Below, piece after piece: positions 18,664 to 19,879 of a stretch of 19,879 bases of DNA; the stretch's first letter is position 1; every line of letters begins with the position of its first letter. The position numbers and the translations under genes are program-made. The notes beneath the pieces were generated by a model. The model was not told the origin of the DNA. It saw nothing but the letters and a program-made list of their open reading frames with translations, and searched no databases. Source of the DNA: Dubosiella newyorkensis (GTDB lineage: Bacteria; Bacillota_I; Bacilli_A; Erysipelotrichales; Erysipelotrichaceae); assembly GCF_001945605.1 (NCBI RefSeq), contig NZ_MPKA01000088.1, positions 1 through 19,879 on the forward strand, written 5' to 3'.

Positions 18664-19329
18664 ATGGAAGCGTATAAAAAAGAATTTATCGAATTCATGT
18701 TGGATTCGGATGTATTAAAATTTGGCGATTTTACTCTCAAATCGGGTCGTAAATCTCCGTTCTTCATGAACGCGGGCGGCTATGTGACAGGCGCTCAGCT
18801 CAAGAAGCTTGGAGAATATTATGCCAAAGCGATCGTCAACACGTATGGAACGGATTTTGATGTACTTTTCGGCCCTGCTTATAAAGGGATCCCTTTGGCT
18901 GTCGTGACGGCGATCGCGATGCATGATCTGTATGGAAAAGAAGTCCGCTATTGCTCGGATCGAAAAGAAGAGAAAGATCATGGCGCGGATAAAGGCAGCT
19001 TTCTTGGTTCGAAGCTTCAAGATGGCGATCGGGTGATCATGATCGAAGATGTGACGACGTCTGGAAAATCGATGGAAGAAACGGTGCCGAAGGTAAGAGG
19101 CGCGGCGAATTTAGATATTGTTGGTTTGATGGTCTCTTTGAACCGCAACGAAAAAGGAAAGGGCGATAAGACAGCCTTGCAGGAAGTGTCTGAATTGTAT
19201 GGTTTTCCGTGCGCGGCGATCGTCTCGATGAAAGAAGTCATTGAATATTTAGAAGAGGCCGGCAAGCTCGATGAGGCGATGAAAGCTAAGCTAAACGCGT
19301 ATTATGAACAATACGGAGCGAAGGCATAA
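18664..19329 (+). CDS. pyrE: Orotate phosphoribosyltransferase
   Basis: 221 aa with the PRPP-binding loop VIMIEDVTTSGKS. Its ATG directly abuts the pyrF stop. Confidence 0.9.
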   Translation: MEAYKKEFIEFMLDSDVLKFGDFTLKSGRKSPFFMNAGGYVTGAQLKKLGEYYAKAIVNTYGTDFDVLFGPAYKGIPLAVVTAIAMHDLYGKEVRYCSDRKEEKDHGADKGSFLGSKLQDGDRVIMIEDVTTSGKSMEETVPKVRGAANLDIVGLMVSLNRNEKGKGDKTALQEVSELYGFPCAAIVSMKEVIEYLEEAGKLDEAMKAKLNAYYEQYGAKA

Positions 19330-19526
19330 TGGATAAAAATCGTTTTGAGATGGTGTATTCGCAAGGCGTCGTCAATTCAATCGAGATCTGGAAAGATAAA
19401 GAGACAGGTGCAATGTATATGTTCCGGGTGATTGGCGGAGTTGGCTGCGGATTATGTCCTCTGATCGGTCCGGATGGAAAACCGCTTGTCGATCCTGTCA
19501 AGAAAGAAGACGATTTCTTCTTTTGA
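19329..19526 (+). CDS. Small conserved hypothetical protein (DUF6440-like)
   Basis: 65 aa. The pattern WKDKETGAMYMF...GG.G.GL.PLIGPDGKP resembles the DUF6440 family as I recall it. Its ATG overlaps the pyrE stop (TAATG). Confidence 0.5.
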   Translation: MDKNRFEMVYSQGVVNSIEIWKDKETGAMYMFRVIGGVGCGLCPLIGPDGKPLVDPVKKEDDFFF

Positions 19527-19540
19527 TCAATAAATTAAAA

Positions 19541-19576
19541 AGCACTTGGATCTAAGAGGGTCTGAGTGCTTTTTCT
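19541..19576 (+). terminator. Rho-independent terminator of the pyr operon
   Basis: AGCACTTGGATCT-AAGA-GGGTCTGAGTGCT forms a long stem with G-U pairs and is followed by TTTTCT. Confidence 0.75.
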
Positions 19577-19593
19577 GTAAGATCTATTAACCA

Positions 19594-19622
19594 TTGACAA
19601 TTGTTGATGAAAGAGGTAATAT
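19594..19622 (+). promoter_or_regulatory. Consensus-like promoter P1 (TTGACA-17 nt-TAATAT), probable rRNA operon promoter
   Basis: TTGACA at 19594-19599 and TAATAT at 19617-19622. It is the first of a tandem pair ahead of an ORF-free, boxA-containing leader. Confidence 0.55.
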
Positions 19623-19686
19623 AAGTAAGCTTTTGTGAATCGAAAAACTGTCATTTAAAAAATATTAAAAATATTTAAAAAAATAG

Positions 19687-19715
19687 TTGACAGATGATTG
19701 AAAGCGATGTATTAT
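19687..19715 (+). promoter_or_regulatory. Consensus-like promoter P2 (TTGACA-17 nt-TATTAT) with A/T-rich UP-like element, probable rRNA operon promoter
   Basis: TTGACA at 19687-19692 and TATTAT at 19710-19715. It is preceded by AAAAAATATTAAAAATATTTAAAAAAATAG. Confidence 0.6.
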
Positions 19716-19756
19716 AAGGGAGCGATGAAGGAAACGGAGTTGCCGATACGATATCG

Positions 19757-19768
19757 ATCTTTGAAAAC
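19757..19768 (+). promoter_or_regulatory. boxA-like antitermination element (ATCTTTGAAAAC) in putative rRNA leader
   Basis: It matches the TTCTTTGAAAAC core found in Bacillus-type rrn leaders (from memory). A second TGAAAAC lies at about 19842. Confidence 0.4.
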
Positions 19769-19879
19769 CGGAAAAAGAGAAAAAGACACAACAGAAAAGG
19801 TCTAAAGTAAAGTTGTGGAAAAAGATGACACTGAAAACAGAAGAACAGTTCATAAAAAGAAGAAATCTCGAAAACAAGC

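Noticed and set aside
19665-19877. 70-aa minus-strand ORF at the right edge
   Set aside because: It lies antisense to the putative rRNA promoter and leader. The sequence is Phe/Ser-rich and low-complexity, produced by the purine-rich leader.

Overview
The window looks like a low-GC Gram-positive (Bacillota-type) chromosomal segment. All family calls come from motifs read by eye, because no database search was possible. From left to right it contains the following.

- **1-320:** the left end of an IS3-family element, with orfA running out of the window.
- **344-1795:** a signal-peptide-less GH13 alpha-amylase.
- **About 1854-2068:** a candidate stand-alone small RNA.
- **2091-2204:** an orphan 5S rRNA gene.
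- **2571-6972:** an AT-rich accessory block, which is the most interesting content (details below).
- **7089-9782:** housekeeping or accessory genes (patatin-like lipase, nitroreductase, a DUF5684-like membrane protein, a YxeA-type lipoprotein).
- **9855-19329:** a complete pyrB-pyrC-carA-carB-pyrK-pyrD-pyrF-pyrE operon, followed by a small coupled ORF.
- **19594-19768:** tandem consensus promoters and a boxA-like leader that appear to start an rRNA operon at the right edge.

**The accessory block.** It is a compact radical-SAM RiPP locus on the minus strand. A promoter and a strong SD precede a 27-codon Cys/Gly-rich ORF at 6783-6866 (MFELKLVKILQAPCRCGGGIGCGDINM), which is too short to appear in the supplied ORF track. 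A perfect 16-bp intercistronic hairpin follows. Next come a 416-aa radical SAM/SPASM enzyme and a translationally coupled ABC exporter with no peptidase domain. An XRE-HTH/TPR (RNPP-like) regulator converges on the operon, and their 3' ends overlap by 50 bp. The product chemistry, the function (signal or antimicrobial) and the novelty of the precursor family cannot be determined from sequence alone.
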